Part shown: positions 20,864 to 32,103 of the stretch, one piece after another | How the letters are laid out: each line of letters begins with the position of its first letter | Position numbering within the stretch: position 1 is the stretch's first letter | Made by a program: the position numbers and the translations under genes | NCBI GenBank assembly: GCA_913056105.1 | Contig: CAJXMB010000001.1 | Coordinates: 1 to 57,324 of the forward strand | DNA length: 57,324 nucleotides | Direction of reading: 5' to 3' | From: an uncultured Nitratiruptor sp. | GTDB taxonomy: Bacteria; Campylobacterota; Campylobacteria; Campylobacterales; Nitratiruptoraceae | The notes under the pieces: model-generated | What the model was told of the DNA's origin: nothing | Databases searched by the model: none | The model's input: only the letters and a program-made list of their open reading frames with translations

Positions 20864-23125
20864 ATGACATATATCCACGGTTTTCCAAGAATTGGAGAAA
20901 AAAGAGAGTTAAAATTTGCATTAGAAAAGTATTGGAACAAAGAGATAGATTTTGATGAGTTAGAAAGTGTTGCAAAAGAGTTAAGAGTTAGGCACTTAAA
21001 CTATCAAAAAGAAAAAATTGATTTTATAAGCATAAATGACTTTAGCTATTATGATAGCATGATAGATACTATTGTAATGCTTGGGTGTGAGCCAAAAGAG
21101 TATAGAGATTTAGATGGTATTGATAGATATTTTGCTATGGCAAGGGGAGATAAAAATCATAAAGCTTTGCCTATGATAAAATGGCTAAATACAAACTACC
21201 ACTATTTTGTGCCACAAATTGAGCCAAATCAAGAGTTTAGCCCAAATCTTGATAAAATCATCAAAGAGTATCAAGAAGCAAAAGATTTAGGCATAACTCC
21301 AAAGATAAATATAATTGGACCTGTTACATTTTTGAGTTTCTCAAGAGGAACCAAAGGAAATGACCCATTAGATGAAATCAAAGCAGCAGTAGATGCATAT
21401 ATAGAGATATTAAAAACTATTTCAAAATTGGATGAAAAAGTTACAATCCAGTTTGATGAGCCAGCTTTAGTAAAAGATCCAACCAAAAAAGAGCTTGAAG
21501 CTTTGAAATATGCATATGAAAGATTGCCAAAAGTTGCTAAAAATATAGATATTTTTGTATCTACATATTTTGAACATGCTCTTGAAGCAGTTGATATTTT
21601 GGTAGATACAGAGATTAAAGGAATTGGTTTAGATTTTATATATGGAGCAAAAAATATTGAAGCTATCAAAAAAATTGCAAATAGCGATAAACTTTTGGTT
21701 GCAGGCGTAGTTGATGGAAGAAATATTTGGATAAGCGATATTGATGAGAAAGTTAAATTTTTAAACTCTTTAGAAATTGATAAAGATAAAGTCATAGTTG
21801 CATCAAGCTGTTCACTATTGCATGTTCCATATACCCTAAAATATGAAGAAAAGATGGATAAAAATATCAAATCTTGGCTATCTTTTGCTTTAGAGAAGCT
21901 TGATGAGATTAAGATTATAGATAAGCTATATAGAAATCAATCTTTAGATGAAGAAGAGCAAAAACTATATGAAGCAAACATAGAGGCAAACCAAACAAGA
22001 AAGATATCTACTCAAATCCATAATCAAGAGGTTCAAAAAAGAGTTCAAAATTTAACATTAACTCAAAGAGATACTAATTTCAAAGAGAGATTAAAAATCC
22101 AGCATGAAATCTTAAAATATCCTATCCTTCCAACTACAACTATAGGTAGTTTTCCTCAAACTAAAGAGGTTAGAAAAACAAGAAGAGATTATAAAAATGG
22201 ATTGATTTCTAAAGATGAGTATGAAAAGAAAATAAAAGAGTTTATTGATTATTGTATTAAAGTTCAAGAAGAGATTGGGCTTGATATATTGGTTCATGGA
22301 GAGTTTGAAAGAAACGATATGGTTGAGTATTTTGCTGAATTTTTAGAAGGTGTAACTTTTAGCCAAAATGGTTGGGTACAAAGTTATGGAAGCAGATGCG
22401 TAAAACCTCCAATTATTTTTGGTGATATAAACAGACCAAAACCTATGAGTGTAGATTGGATAACTTATGCTCAAAGCAAAACTAAAAAGATTGTAAAAGG
22501 GATGCTTACAGGTCCAGTTACTATGATAAACTGGTCATTTGTAAGAGATGATTTAAAAAGAGAGTTTGTATATAAACAGATGGCTTTAGCAATCTCAGAT
22601 GAGATTAAAGACCTTCAAGATGCTGGTATCAAAATCATCCAAGTAGATGAGGCAGCTTTTAAAGAGGGTTATCCTCTAAGAAGTGAAAACAAAGATGAGT
22701 ACGAAAGAGTTACAGTTGAGAGTTTTAAGATAGCAACAGCTGTTGCAAAAGCCAAAACACAGATTCATACTCATATGTGCTATAGCGATTTTAACGACAT
22801 TATGCCAGCAATAGATGCTTTAGATGCAGATGTTATCTCCATAGAGACAGCAAGAAATGGTAATAGAATTTTAGAAGCTTTTAAAACTTATGACTATCAA
22901 AAAGAGATTGGTGTTGGAGTTTATGATATACACTCTCCAAGAGTTCCAAGCGTTGAAGAGATTGAAAAAGAGATTGAAGATAGGCTTAAAGTTTTTCCTC
23001 CAAATAGACTTTGGATAAATCCAGACTGTGGTCTAAAAACAAGAAAATGGGAAGAGGTTATACCATCTTTGACAAATATGGTTAAGGCTACTCTAAACAT
23101 AAGAAAAAGAGTTATAAAACTTTAA
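20864..23125 (+). CDS. metE: Cobalamin-independent methionine synthase
   Basis: GFPRIG, TTTIGSFPQT, HGEFERNDMVEYF, IHTHMCYS, NPDCGLKTR. Confidence 0.97.
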   Translation: MTYIHGFPRIGEKRELKFALEKYWNKEIDFDELESVAKELRVRHLNYQKEKIDFISINDFSYYDSMIDTIVMLGCEPKEYRDLDGIDRYFAMARGDKNHKALPMIKWLNTNYHYFVPQIEPNQEFSPNLDKIIKEYQEAKDLGITPKINIIGPVTFLSFSRGTKGNDPLDEIKAAVDAYIEILKTISKLDEKVTIQFDEPALVKDPTKKELEALKYAYERLPKVAKNIDIFVSTYFEHALEAVDILVDTEIKGIGLDFIYGAKNIEAIKKIANSDKLLVAGVVDGRNIWISDIDEKVKFLNSLEIDKDKVIVASSCSLLHVPYTLKYEEKMDKNIKSWLSFALEKLDEIKIIDKLYRNQSLDEEEQKLYEANIEANQTRKISTQIHNQEVQKRVQNLTLTQRDTNFKERLKIQHEILKYPILPTTTIGSFPQTKEVRKTRRDYKNGLISKDEYEKKIKEFIDYCIKVQEEIGLDILVHGEFERNDMVEYFAEFLEGVTFSQNGWVQSYGSRCVKPPIIFGDINRPKPMSVDWITYAQSKTKKIVKGMLTGPVTMINWSFVRDDLKREFVYKQMALAISDEIKDLQDAGIKIIQVDEAAFKEGYPLRSENKDEYERVTVESFKIATAVAKAKTQIHTHMCYSDFNDIMPAIDALDADVISIETARNGNRILEAFKTYDYQKEIGVGVYDIHSPRVPSVEEIEKEIEDRLKVFPPNRLWINPDCGLKTRKWEEVIPSLTNMVKATLNIRKRVIKL

Positions 23126-23148
23126 AAAGGGGGCAAATCGCTCCCTTT
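23126..23148 (+). terminator. Hairpin after metE
   Basis: AAAGGGGGC-AAATC-GCTCCCTTT. Confidence 0.6.
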
Positions 23149-23203
23149 GCAATAATTTCATATTTTTGTTAATATTTTCTCCAAATTTAACAAAGGAGGG
23201 AAA

Positions 23204-24082
23204 ATGGGTATAGTTCTCTTTTTGATAATGAACCTTGCCGTTATGGCTTCGATATATCTAACTATTTTTGTATTGGAAGCTTTTTTTGGTGTAAGAGTTA
23301 ATCAAAATACTATTAGTGGACTTCTTATTCTATCATTTATAGTTGGTTTTAGTGGTGCTTTAATCTCTTTGTTTATGTCAAAGTGGATGGCAAAGATGAG
23401 CATGGGAGTTAGAGTTATTGAGACTCCTTCAAATGAAAATGAGAGGTGGCTTGTTGCAACAGTTGAAAAGTTAGCAAAAGAGGCCGGCCTGAGTATGCCA
23501 GAAGTTGGAATTTTTGATGGACCTCCAAACGCTTTTGCAACTGGATGGAATAGAAATGACTCTTTAGTTGCAGTATCTATGGCTTTGTTTGATATGATGG
23601 ATAAAAAAGAGATTGAAGGTGTATTGGCTCATGAGATGAGTCATGTAAAAAATGGTGATATGATTACAATGACACTTCTTCAAGGTGTGCTAAATACATT
23701 TGTATTTTTTATCTCAAGACTTTTAGCAAATATCTTAGCTCCAAAAGATGAAGAGGGAAATCCATCTCCAATCTACTATATGATGATAAGTTTTGCTTTG
23801 GAAATTTTTCTAACAATTTTTGCAACAATGATTGCAATGTGGTTTAGTAGATATAGAGAGTACAGAGCTGATGCAGGTGCAGTAAAACTTAGTGGACCTG
23901 AAGGAATCTACTACGCTTTAGCAAAACTTGGACAAATTCCAAAAGAGCAGGTAGCTTTATCAAGTGAGATGAAAGCATTTGGAATTGTTGGATTTTTAGA
24001 CCTTTTTGCTTCTCACCCTCCAATTGAAAAAAGATTAGAAAATATTAAAAATGTTGCAAAAGAGTTAGGTTATCAAATCTAA
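23204..24082 (+). CDS. htpX: M48 zinc membrane protease HtpX
   Basis: PNAFATG, AHEMSHV (HEXXH), SRYREYRAD, FASHPP. Confidence 0.93.
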   Translation: MGIVLFLIMNLAVMASIYLTIFVLEAFFGVRVNQNTISGLLILSFIVGFSGALISLFMSKWMAKMSMGVRVIETPSNENERWLVATVEKLAKEAGLSMPEVGIFDGPPNAFATGWNRNDSLVAVSMALFDMMDKKEIEGVLAHEMSHVKNGDMITMTLLQGVLNTFVFFISRLLANILAPKDEEGNPSPIYYMMISFALEIFLTIFATMIAMWFSRYREYRADAGAVKLSGPEGIYYALAKLGQIPKEQVALSSEMKAFGIVGFLDLFASHPPIEKRLENIKNVAKELGYQI

Positions 24083-24090
24083 CTCTTTTT
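24058..24090 (+). terminator. Hairpin overlapping the htpX stop
   Basis: AAAAGAGTTAG...CTAACTCTTTT followed by T. Confidence 0.55.
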
Positions 24091-24159
24091 TCTCCTAATT
24101 TTATCCTTTCTTTATCACTTTTTTTGTAAAATCAAAAAAAATATTTTCAAGGAAATTGT

Positions 24160-26364
24160 ATGGAAAATCTACAAGAGGTTTTAAAAGCTCATAAATTAAG
24201 TAGTGAAGATTACGAACATATTAAAAAAATTTTAAAAAGAGAGCCAAATTTAGTTGAAATAGGGATTTTTAGTGCTATGTGGAGTGAACACTGCTCATAC
24301 AAATCAAGCAAGAAGTATCTAAAAGGATTTCCAACCAAAGCTCCTTGGGTTATACAAGGTCCTGGAGAAAATGCTGGGGTTATTGATATTGGAGATGGTA
24401 TGGCAGCTGTATTTAAGATGGAGAGTCATAACCATCCAAGTTTTATAGAGCCATATCAAGGAGCAGCAACTGGTGTTGGTGGGATTTTAAGAGATATTTT
24501 TACAATGGGCGCTAGACCTGTTGCAAACTTAAACTCGCTTAGATTTGGAGATATTAAAAGAGATGATGAGATAGGAAAACATCAAAAATATTTAGTCAAA
24601 GGTGTAGTTGCTGGGATTGGTGGCTATGGAAACTGTATGGGAATCCCTACAATTGGTGGAGAGACAAGCTTTGAAGAGTGCTATAATGGAAATATCTTAG
24701 TAAATGCTTTTAGTTTAGGGATTTGTAAAAAAGATGATATTTTTTATGGAAGAGCAGAGGGAGTTGGAAATCCTGTAATCTATGTTGGAAGTAAAACTGG
24801 AAGAGATGGACTTGGTGGAGCTGTTATGAGTAGCGATAGTTTCAATGAAGAGTCAAAATCTCTTAGACCAACTGTTCAAGTAGGAGACCCATTTACTGAA
24901 AAGCTTTTATTAGAGGCGTGTTTGGAACTTTTTAAAACTGATTATGTTGTAGGTATCCAAGATATGGGAGCAGCTGGACTTACTTCAAGTAGTTTTGAGA
25001 TGGCTGGTCGTAGTGGAAGTGGAATGAAACTATATTTAGATAGGGTTCCAACAAGAGAAGAGGGTATGACTCCATATGAGCTTATGCTTAGCGAATCCCA
25101 AGAGAGAATGCTCATATGTGCTAAAAAGGGGTATGAAGATAAAGTTTTAGAGATTTTTAAAAAGTGGGATTTGGATGCAGAAGTTATAGGTGAAGTTACT
25201 GATAGCAAAGAGATGGAGCTATTTTGGCATGGAGAAAAAGTTGCTCAAATTCCAGTAAATCCAGTTAGCGAAGAGGCTCCCGAACTTGATAGACCAACTA
25301 AAAAACCAGAGTATCTTGAATATATAAAAGAGGTAAACATAGATAGAGTTTCTCATATTGATGACCAAGAGGCATTTGAAAAACTATTTTCATCTTTAGA
25401 AGTTGTAGATAAATCTTGGATATATACTCAATATGATTTTACTGTTCAAACAAACACTATAAAACATCCTGGCTCTTTAGATGCAAGTGTTATTAGAGTT
25501 AAAGAGAATAAAAAAGCAATTGCCATGAGTAGTAAATGTAATCCAAGATATTGCTATATTGACCCAAAAGGTGGCGCTGCTGCAGCAGTAATGGCAGCAG
25601 GAAGAGATGTGGCAATGAGTGGAGCTAAGCCTTTGGCTATAACAGATTGTCTAAACTATGGAAATCCAGAAAATCCTGAGATTATGTGGCAGTTTGCCAA
25701 AGGAACTGAAGGCATCAAAGAGGCTTGTAAGGCTCTAAATACACCTGTAGTTAGTGGAAATGTCTCTTTTTATAACGAGACAAATGGCATTAGCATATAT
25801 CCAACTCCAACAGTTGTGATGGTAGGACTTAATGATGATGAAAATAGAGTTTTACCATCACATTTTCAAAAAGAAAATGATATTATATATTTAGTTGGAG
25901 AGACAGAAAAAGAGTTTGGTGGAAGCTTATATTTAAAAGAGTTATTTGGTGAAGTTGAAGGAGAACTTCCAAAGATTGATTATGAAAAAGAGTTAAAGCT
26001 ATGGCAATTTGTTATTGAAGCAAACAAAAGGGGACTACTTAAAGCTGCAAAGGGTGTTGGGATAGGTGGAATTGCAATATCTTTAGCAAAAATGGCTGCA
26101 ATTGGAAATATAGGATTTTTGGGAGATTTTTGCTTTGAAGATAGTAGAGAGATTTTTAGTGAAACATTTAGCAGAGCTTTAATTGAGATAGAGCCAAAAA
26201 ATATGCATCTACTTGAAGATTTATCAAATGAGATTGGCATCTTTATATCTCCTTTGGGAACAGTTGGTGGAAAACGATTTACTCTTTGTGATATAGATAT
26301 AGACATAAACAAATTAAAAGAGATATATTATAATGGTTTTAAAAAAGAGATTGAAAAAATATGA
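24160..26364 (+). CDS. purL: FGAM synthase large subunit
   Basis: [33 protein letters not shown]. Confidence 0.97.
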   Translation: MENLQEVLKAHKLSSEDYEHIKKILKREPNLVEIGIFSAMWSEHCSYKSSKKYLKGFPTKAPWVIQGPGENAGVIDIGDGMAAVFKMESHNHPSFIEPYQGAATGVGGILRDIFTMGARPVANLNSLRFGDIKRDDEIGKHQKYLVKGVVAGIGGYGNCMGIPTIGGETSFEECYNGNILVNAFSLGICKKDDIFYGRAEGVGNPVIYVGSKTGRDGLGGAVMSSDSFNEESKSLRPTVQVGDPFTEKLLLEACLELFKTDYVVGIQDMGAAGLTSSSFEMAGRSGSGMKLYLDRVPTREEGMTPYELMLSESQERMLICAKKGYEDKVLEIFKKWDLDAEVIGEVTDSKEMELFWHGEKVAQIPVNPVSEEAPELDRPTKKPEYLEYIKEVNIDRVSHIDDQEAFEKLFSSLEVVDKSWIYTQYDFTVQTNTIKHPGSLDASVIRVKENKKAIAMSSKCNPRYCYIDPKGGAAAAVMAAGRDVAMSGAKPLAITDCLNYGNPENPEIMWQFAKGTEGIKEACKALNTPVVSGNVSFYNETNGISIYPTPTVVMVGLNDDENRVLPSHFQKENDIIYLVGETEKEFGGSLYLKELFGEVEGELPKIDYEKELKLWQFVIEANKRGLLKAAKGVGIGGIAISLAKMAAIGNIGFLGDFCFEDSREIFSETFSRALIEIEPKNMHLLEDLSNEIGIFISPLGTVGGKRFTLCDIDIDINKLKEIYYNGFKKEIEKI

Positions 26365-27506
26365 AAACAAAAGTATATTCATCTTCTAAAAATATCTTTA
26401 TTGATGCTTTAAAAGAATTGAAAAATCAAATTGAAAAAGATTTTAAAAGAATCGATTTTTTACTCTTTGCAATTCCTCCTAAATTTGGAAGAGATGTTCC
26501 AAAAAAGATTGAGACTGTTTTTACAAATATTGATTATGCAGGATTTCATGCCATAAGTGCTTTTAAAGATGATTCTATAATAGAAGATAGCATAACAGTT
26601 GTAGTTTTTCAATTTAAAAAGAGAGCTAAAGTTAAAAAATTTTATATAGAAGATATTAGAGATTTTCAAAAAAATGAAAACATAGAGAAAACTGCAAACT
26701 ATTTAAATAGCAACAAAAACTCTTTTCATATATTATTAGCTGGATTAGCAGAGAAGAAATTTGCACTTTTTTTAGAAAAACTCTCTTCTCACATAGATTA
26801 TAACCATATTGATAATATTGTAGGTGGAATCTCTTCAGGAGAAGTTATTGATGAAGAGCTTAGAACTTGGCAATTTATAGATGGAAAAACTATAAAAAAT
26901 GGATTTATTATAATCTCTTTTGAAAATGTTAAAGCCAAAATTGGGATATCTTTAGGATTTAAACCTTATGGTGTAACTTATAAGATTACAAAAGCAAAAG
27001 ATTCTAAAATTTATGAAGTTGATAGTGGAGTTAAATTTGCAAAAGTTGTAAAAAGATTATTAAAAGGAATAGAAAATCCAGATTTTAAATATCTATGGTA
27101 TTTGCCACTAAATATTTTAGATGAAACAGATGGATATGTTTCAACTCTTAGAACTATTGAAAAAGTAAATAGTGAATATGTAAAACTTTTTGGTCCTGTT
27201 AAAAAAGGACAGTACTTTAAACTCTCTTTTGCAACAGAGGATGATATATTAAAAGAGGATAGAAATGTTGCTAAAGAGATAAAATCCAAAATTGATCCAG
27301 AAATTATATTTAACTTCTCTTGTGTAGCAAGAGAATATATTTTAGGTAATAAAAAAGAGAAAGAGATTAAAATATATGTAGATATATTCAAAACTCCTGC
27401 TTTTGGCTTTTTTACATTTGGAGAGATTGGTCCAGATAGATATTTTAAAAAACTAAAACTTTATAATGAGACATCTTTATTAATAGGATTAAAAGAGAAT
27501 GATTAA
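26361..27506 (+). CDS. FIST/NosP-like sensory domain protein
   Basis: FIST-C features FSCVARE and [10 protein letters not shown]; 'GFKPYG..YKITKA' linker. Confidence 0.8.
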   Translation: MKTKVYSSSKNIFIDALKELKNQIEKDFKRIDFLLFAIPPKFGRDVPKKIETVFTNIDYAGFHAISAFKDDSIIEDSITVVVFQFKKRAKVKKFYIEDIRDFQKNENIEKTANYLNSNKNSFHILLAGLAEKKFALFLEKLSSHIDYNHIDNIVGGISSGEVIDEELRTWQFIDGKTIKNGFIIISFENVKAKIGISLGFKPYGVTYKITKAKDSKIYEVDSGVKFAKVVKRLLKGIENPDFKYLWYLPLNILDETDGYVSTLRTIEKVNSEYVKLFGPVKKGQYFKLSFATEDDILKEDRNVAKEIKSKIDPEIIFNFSCVAREYILGNKKEKEIKIYVDIFKTPAFGFFTFGEIGPDRYFKKLKLYNETSLLIGLKEND

Positions 27507-28053
27507 AGATATACAGATAAAACTTTTAAAAAATCTATTAGAAGAGATTACGCAAAAATATGATGAGATTTTAAATGAAAAAGATGAGAAATTAAAAGAG
27601 ATCACTCAAAAATCTTTAAAAGATGGCTTAACAAATGTTTATAGTAGAAAATTTTTGTCAGTTTTTGCAAATAAGTTTATGGATAAATTAAACTCATTTA
27701 TTGTTGTTTTTTTAGATTTAGATAATTTTAAATATGTTAATGACAATTTTGGACATGAAGAAGGAGATAAAGTTTTAAAAAAGGTTGGAAATATTTTGAA
27801 AAATAGTTTTAGAAGTGATGATTTTATTATTAGATATGGAGGAGATGAATTTATTGTTATAGCTACCAATGTTAATGAAAATATGTTAAATAGATTAACA
27901 AAAAGAGTAGAAAAGGCTTTTAAAAAGTATGGTATTTCTATCTCTTATGGTACTTCTCTCTATCCACAAGAAGGAAAAAGTTTAAAAGATCTAATTTTTT
28001 TAGCTGATCAAAGAATGTATGAGCAAAAAAAAGCTAAAAAGCTCAATGCATAA
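27499..28053 (+). CDS. Diguanylate cyclase (GGDEF)
   Basis: DGLT, DLDNFKYVNDNFGH, RSDD I-site, RYGGDEF, ADQRMY. Confidence 0.93.
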   Translation: MIKDIQIKLLKNLLEEITQKYDEILNEKDEKLKEITQKSLKDGLTNVYSRKFLSVFANKFMDKLNSFIVVFLDLDNFKYVNDNFGHEEGDKVLKKVGNILKNSFRSDDFIIRYGGDEFIVIATNVNENMLNRLTKRVEKAFKKYGISISYGTSLYPQEGKSLKDLIFLADQRMYEQKKAKKLNA

Positions 28054-28993
28054 GTTCTTGAGCTATATTTAGCAGATGTTGATCAAGTCTGTATCTATTT
28101 GATGTGACTTTTTTAGAGTCCAAAGATTTAACTTTTGAATCTTTAAAAACCACAACTTGATTTTTTTTATCATCTAAAATCAAATCTATTGCATAAGTAA
28201 CAAACTCGAAAGCGACTCTTCTATCAAATACAGTTGGATTTCCTCCCCTTTGAATATGTCCCAAAATTGTAAGTCTACTCTCTATTCCTATCTCATTTTC
28301 AAACCATCTCTTTATATCTTTGCTAATCTTTAAACCCTCTGCAACAATTGCTAAAAAGTATTTTCTTTTGCTTTTTAAAAACTTTCTCTTTAAACTATCC
28401 AAATCGTATGGTGCTTCTGGTATAAGACACATCTCGGCTCCACTTGTAATAGCACTTATTAGAGCCAAATATCCGCACTCTCTACCCATTGTCTCTATAA
28501 CAAAAGCTCTTTTGAAACTCATTGCAGTATCTCTAATATCATCTATTGCACTTCTTATAACATTTAGTGCAGTATCAACTCCCAAACAGTAATCAGTTCC
28601 ATAAATATCATTATCAATAGTTGATGGAATTCCTATAAAATTTATACCAAACTCTTCACTTAAAACTTCAAAAGCTCTAAAGCTTCCATCTCCACCTAAA
28701 ACTACAACAGTTTGGATATTATGTTTTTTTAGATTCTCATAAGCTTTTTGACGATATTTTTTTTCAAAAAATCTTTTGCTTCTTGAAGACCTTAAAATCG
28801 TTCCGCCTCTATAAATAATACCAGAAACATCTAAATATGAGGCTTTTTTGAAGTTTGCATCTATTAAACCTTCTAAACCATCATATATAAAATATGGATT
28901 TATATTTTTCTCTATTGCATACTCTACAAATCTTTTTGTAGCGGGGTTCATTCCTGAGCAGTCCCCGCCGCTTGCCATTATTGCTATATTCAT
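28043..28993 (-). CDS. pfkA: ATP-dependent 6-phosphofructokinase
   Basis: SGGDCSGMN, GGDGS, TIDND, ETMGR, LGHIQRGG. Confidence 0.93.
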   Translation of the reverse strand: MNIAIMASGGDCSGMNPATKRFVEYAIEKNINPYFIYDGLEGLIDANFKKASYLDVSGIIYRGGTILRSSRSKRFFEKKYRQKAYENLKKHNIQTVVVLGGDGSFRAFEVLSEEFGINFIGIPSTIDNDIYGTDYCLGVDTALNVIRSAIDDIRDTAMSFKRAFVIETMGRECGYLALISAITSGAEMCLIPEAPYDLDSLKRKFLKSKRKYFLAIVAEGLKISKDIKRWFENEIGIESRLTILGHIQRGGNPTVFDRRVAFEFVTYAIDLILDDKKNQVVVFKDSKVKSLDSKKVTSNRYRLDQHLLNIAQELMH

Positions 28994-28994
28994 T

Positions 28995-30008
28995 TTACAT
29001 TTTTGAAGCTATAAAATCAGAGAGTTCTAAAAGTCTTTTTGCATATCCAAACTCATTATCATACCAAGCTAAAACTTTCACCATTTTTTTATTGATTACT
29101 TGAGTAGATAATCCATCTATGATTGATGAGTGAGGATTTCCAAGAATATCGCTTGAGACCACCTCTTTATAAGTAATTTCTAAAACTCCTTTTAAATAGC
29201 TATTCATAGCATCCTCAAAAGCCTTATTAACTTCTTCTGCTGTAGTCTCTTTGTCTAAATTAGCAACTATCTCTGTTACAGCACCATCAGGAACAGGAAC
29301 TCTAAGAGCCATAGCATTCATCTTTCCTTTTAGATTTGGTATAACTTCAGTAGTAGCTTTAGCAGCTCCTGTAGTTGTTGGAATAATATTTATAGCTGCT
29401 GCTCTTCCTCTTCTATGTTTACCTGGTTTTTTTCTATCTATTGTTACTTGACTTGATGTATATGCATGGATTGTAGTAACCAAAGCATTTTCAACTCCAA
29501 AACTCTCTTCTAAAACTTTCATAGCAGGCGCTAAAGAGTTAGTAGTACAGCTTGCATTTGAGATGATATGGTGAGTGTCAGGATTGTACCAATCTTGATT
29601 TACTCCCAAAACAACTGTTAAATCTACCTCTTTTCCAGGGGCTGAGATAAGAACTTTTTTTGCTCCAGCATCTATATGTTTTTTTGCTTCACTACCTTTT
29701 GTAAATTTTCCCGTACATTCCAAAACTATATCTATATTTTTTTCACTCCAAGGAAGTTTTAGTGGGTCTCTTTCACTAACAATCTCAATTTTCTCTCCAT
29801 TGATTATTAATGAATTTTCATCATACTCAATCGATGCAGGAAATTTTCCATGAACAGAGTCAAACTCAAGCATATATGCTAAATCTTCAGTTGTTCCGCT
29901 TCCACCATTTGCTACAACAATCTCAACATTTTTTGGTTTATTAGTTACATAGTGCCAAAGAACCATTTTTCCAATTCTTCCAAGTCCATTAATAGCAACT
30001 CTTTTCAT
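28995..30008 (-). CDS. gap: Glyceraldehyde-3-phosphate dehydrogenase type I
   Basis: INGLGRIG, SNASCTTN, WYDNE. Confidence 0.96.
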   Translation of the reverse strand: MKRVAINGLGRIGKMVLWHYVTNKPKNVEIVVANGGSGTTEDLAYMLEFDSVHGKFPASIEYDENSLIINGEKIEIVSERDPLKLPWSEKNIDIVLECTGKFTKGSEAKKHIDAGAKKVLISAPGKEVDLTVVLGVNQDWYNPDTHHIISNASCTTNSLAPAMKVLEESFGVENALVTTIHAYTSSQVTIDRKKPGKHRRGRAAAINIIPTTTGAAKATTEVIPNLKGKMNAMALRVPVPDGAVTEIVANLDKETTAEEVNKAFEDAMNSYLKGVLEITYKEVVSSDILGNPHSSIIDGLSTQVINKKMVKVLAWYDNEFGYAKRLLELSDFIASKM

Positions 30009-30022
30009 CTTTTCTCCTTTTT

Positions 30023-31411
30023 TTATATATGAATTTTCTCTTTAAATTCAACAATATGTGCCTTTAGATTCAGTTTTTCATATATAGCTTCTTTAAAAAT
30101 CTCTTGTTTATCCTTTTCTCCATGGATTAAAAAGGGATGCTTTAAACTCTTAATCTCACCCATCCACTCTATCAACTCTTTTTGGTCTGCATGTGCAGAA
30201 AAACCATTGATAGTAAATATTTTTGCTCTAACAAGAATCTCTTCACCATAAATTTTAACTATCTTTGCTCCATCTATAATCTCTCTTCCAAGTGTTCCTT
30301 TAGCTTGATAGCCAACAAATATAACAGAGTTTTTCTCATCCCAAAGCCTATGTTTAAAATGGTGAAGTATCCTTCCACCAGTACACATTCCGCTTCCAGC
30401 AATTATGATATTTCTATGCTTTAGCTTATTTATTCTTTTAGACTCTTCAGCATCAGAAGTAAGTTTTAAATTGGGAAATACAAAAGGATTTTTAATATTT
30501 TTATACTTTTTTAAAAGTAGATTTTTATACTTTTTATAAACCTTTGTAGTCTTTATAGCCATAGGACTATCTAAAAAGACATTTACATCTTTTGGAAGCT
30601 CTTTTGATAGATACATCTTTTTTAATATTGCTAAAATCTGCTGAGTTCTCTCTATTGCAAAAGAGGGTATTACAACATTTCCACCTTTTAGGATTGTTTC
30701 AAAAATCGCCTCTTTAAACTCTAAAAGACTATCTTCATATGGTCTATGAACTCTATCTCCATAAGTAGACTCTATAAATAGATTTTGAGCATCATGAGGC
30801 TTTTTAGGTGGAGGAAGCAAGCCATTATCTTTGTTTCCTAAATCACCACTAAAAATTACTCTCTTTTTTTGATGATTTTCAATGTAATCAATCTCTATAA
30901 ATGCTGAGCCTAAGATATGTCCAGCATCTCTAAAAACAACTTCAATATCTTTTGAGAGTTTTATCTTTTGTTCATAATCAACTTTAATCTTTTTTAGATT
31001 AAAAGCTTTTTTTATATCTTTTATATCAAAAAGAGGCTTTTTTACCTCTTTCTCTTTTCCTTTTCTTTGAGCTTTTTTAAATCTTGTTTTAAACTCCTCT
31101 TTCATAAGTTTTGCACTATCAAGCAAAACAATTTTTGCCAAATCAAATGTAGCAGGAGTTGCAATAATTTTCCCTCTAAAACCATCTTTTACCAATAAAG
31201 GAACACGGCCAACATGGTCTAAATGACCATGGGTTAGAAGAAGATAATCTATCTCTTTTGGATTAAATCCAAGAGGCTCATAGTTTCTATCTTCTACTAA
31301 ACCTTGATACATTCCGCAATCAATAAGAATTTTTAAGCCATTTTCAAATTTCACAAAATGGCATGAACCTGTAACAGTTTTGGCTGCTCCATAAGAAGTC
31401 TCAACTACCAT
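30023..31411 (-). CDS. Metallo-beta-lactamase/beta-CASP RNase-like protein
   Basis: VTGSCH, THGHLDHVGR, ESTYG, AGSGMCTGGR, GFSAHAD. Confidence 0.92.
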   Translation of the reverse strand: MVVETSYGAAKTVTGSCHFVKFENGLKILIDCGMYQGLVEDRNYEPLGFNPKEIDYLLLTHGHLDHVGRVPLLVKDGFRGKIIATPATFDLAKIVLLDSAKLMKEEFKTRFKKAQRKGKEKEVKKPLFDIKDIKKAFNLKKIKVDYEQKIKLSKDIEVVFRDAGHILGSAFIEIDYIENHQKKRVIFSGDLGNKDNGLLPPPKKPHDAQNLFIESTYGDRVHRPYEDSLLEFKEAIFETILKGGNVVIPSFAIERTQQILAILKKMYLSKELPKDVNVFLDSPMAIKTTKVYKKYKNLLLKKYKNIKNPFVFPNLKLTSDAEESKRINKLKHRNIIIAGSGMCTGGRILHHFKHRLWDEKNSVIFVGYQAKGTLGREIIDGAKIVKIYGEEILVRAKIFTINGFSAHADQKELIEWMGEIKSLKHPFLIHGEKDKQEIFKEAIYEKLNLKAHIVEFKEKIHI

Positions 31412-31419
31412 TATATCTC

Positions 31420-32103
31420 TTAGTGATGATATATTGTTTTATTTTTTATGTTTAACTCACTATCCAATTCATAAACTATTGGAACACCTGTTGGAACCTC
31501 TATCTTTGCAATATCTTTTGGCTCAATCTTTTCTAAAAACATTATAAGAGCTCTAAGAGAGTTTCCATGAGCTGCAATCATAACATTTTCATAAACTAAA
31601 AGCGATGGAAAAATCTCTTCAAAAAAGTACTCAATAACCCTTTTTCTTGTATCTTTTAAAGATTCACTCTTCGGAATATAATCATACTTCTCATCTTTTG
31701 GAAGTCTTTTTTCATAATCATCATCAGTTGGCTCAATTGGAGGAGGTGGTGTATCATATCCTCTTCTAACAGCCATAAATAACTCTTCTCCATACTCAGC
31801 TTTTACCTCATCTTTATTTTTACCTTGCCAATTGCCATAGTGCCTCTCATTAAGTCTGTAATTTCTAATAACATCTATATGTTCCCACTCAAGTATGTTT
31901 AGAGCAATTTGAGCAGTATGTATTGCTCTTTTTAGATATGATGTATAGCAAATATTTGGATAAAGATTAGCCTCTTTTAAAAGCTCGCCAGCTCTTTTTG
32001 CCTCTTTTTTTCCTTTTTCACTTAAATTAATATCTATCCAACCTGTGAATAGATTTTTTGCATTCCATTCGCTTTGACCATGTCTAATAAGAATTAGTTT
32101 CAC
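31420..32103 (-). CDS. gpmA: 2,3-BPG-dependent phosphoglycerate mutase
   Basis: RHGQSEWN..NLFTGW, LNERHYG, AHGNSLRAL. Confidence 0.95.
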   Translation of the reverse strand: MKLILIRHGQSEWNAKNLFTGWIDINLSEKGKKEAKRAGELLKEANLYPNICYTSYLKRAIHTAQIALNILEWEHIDVIRNYRLNERHYGNWQGKNKDEVKAEYGEELFMAVRRGYDTPPPPIEPTDDDYEKRLPKDEKYDYIPKSESLKDTRKRVIEYFFEEIFPSLLVYENVMIAAHGNSLRALIMFLEKIEPKDIAKIEVPTGVPIVYELDSELNIKNKTIYHH

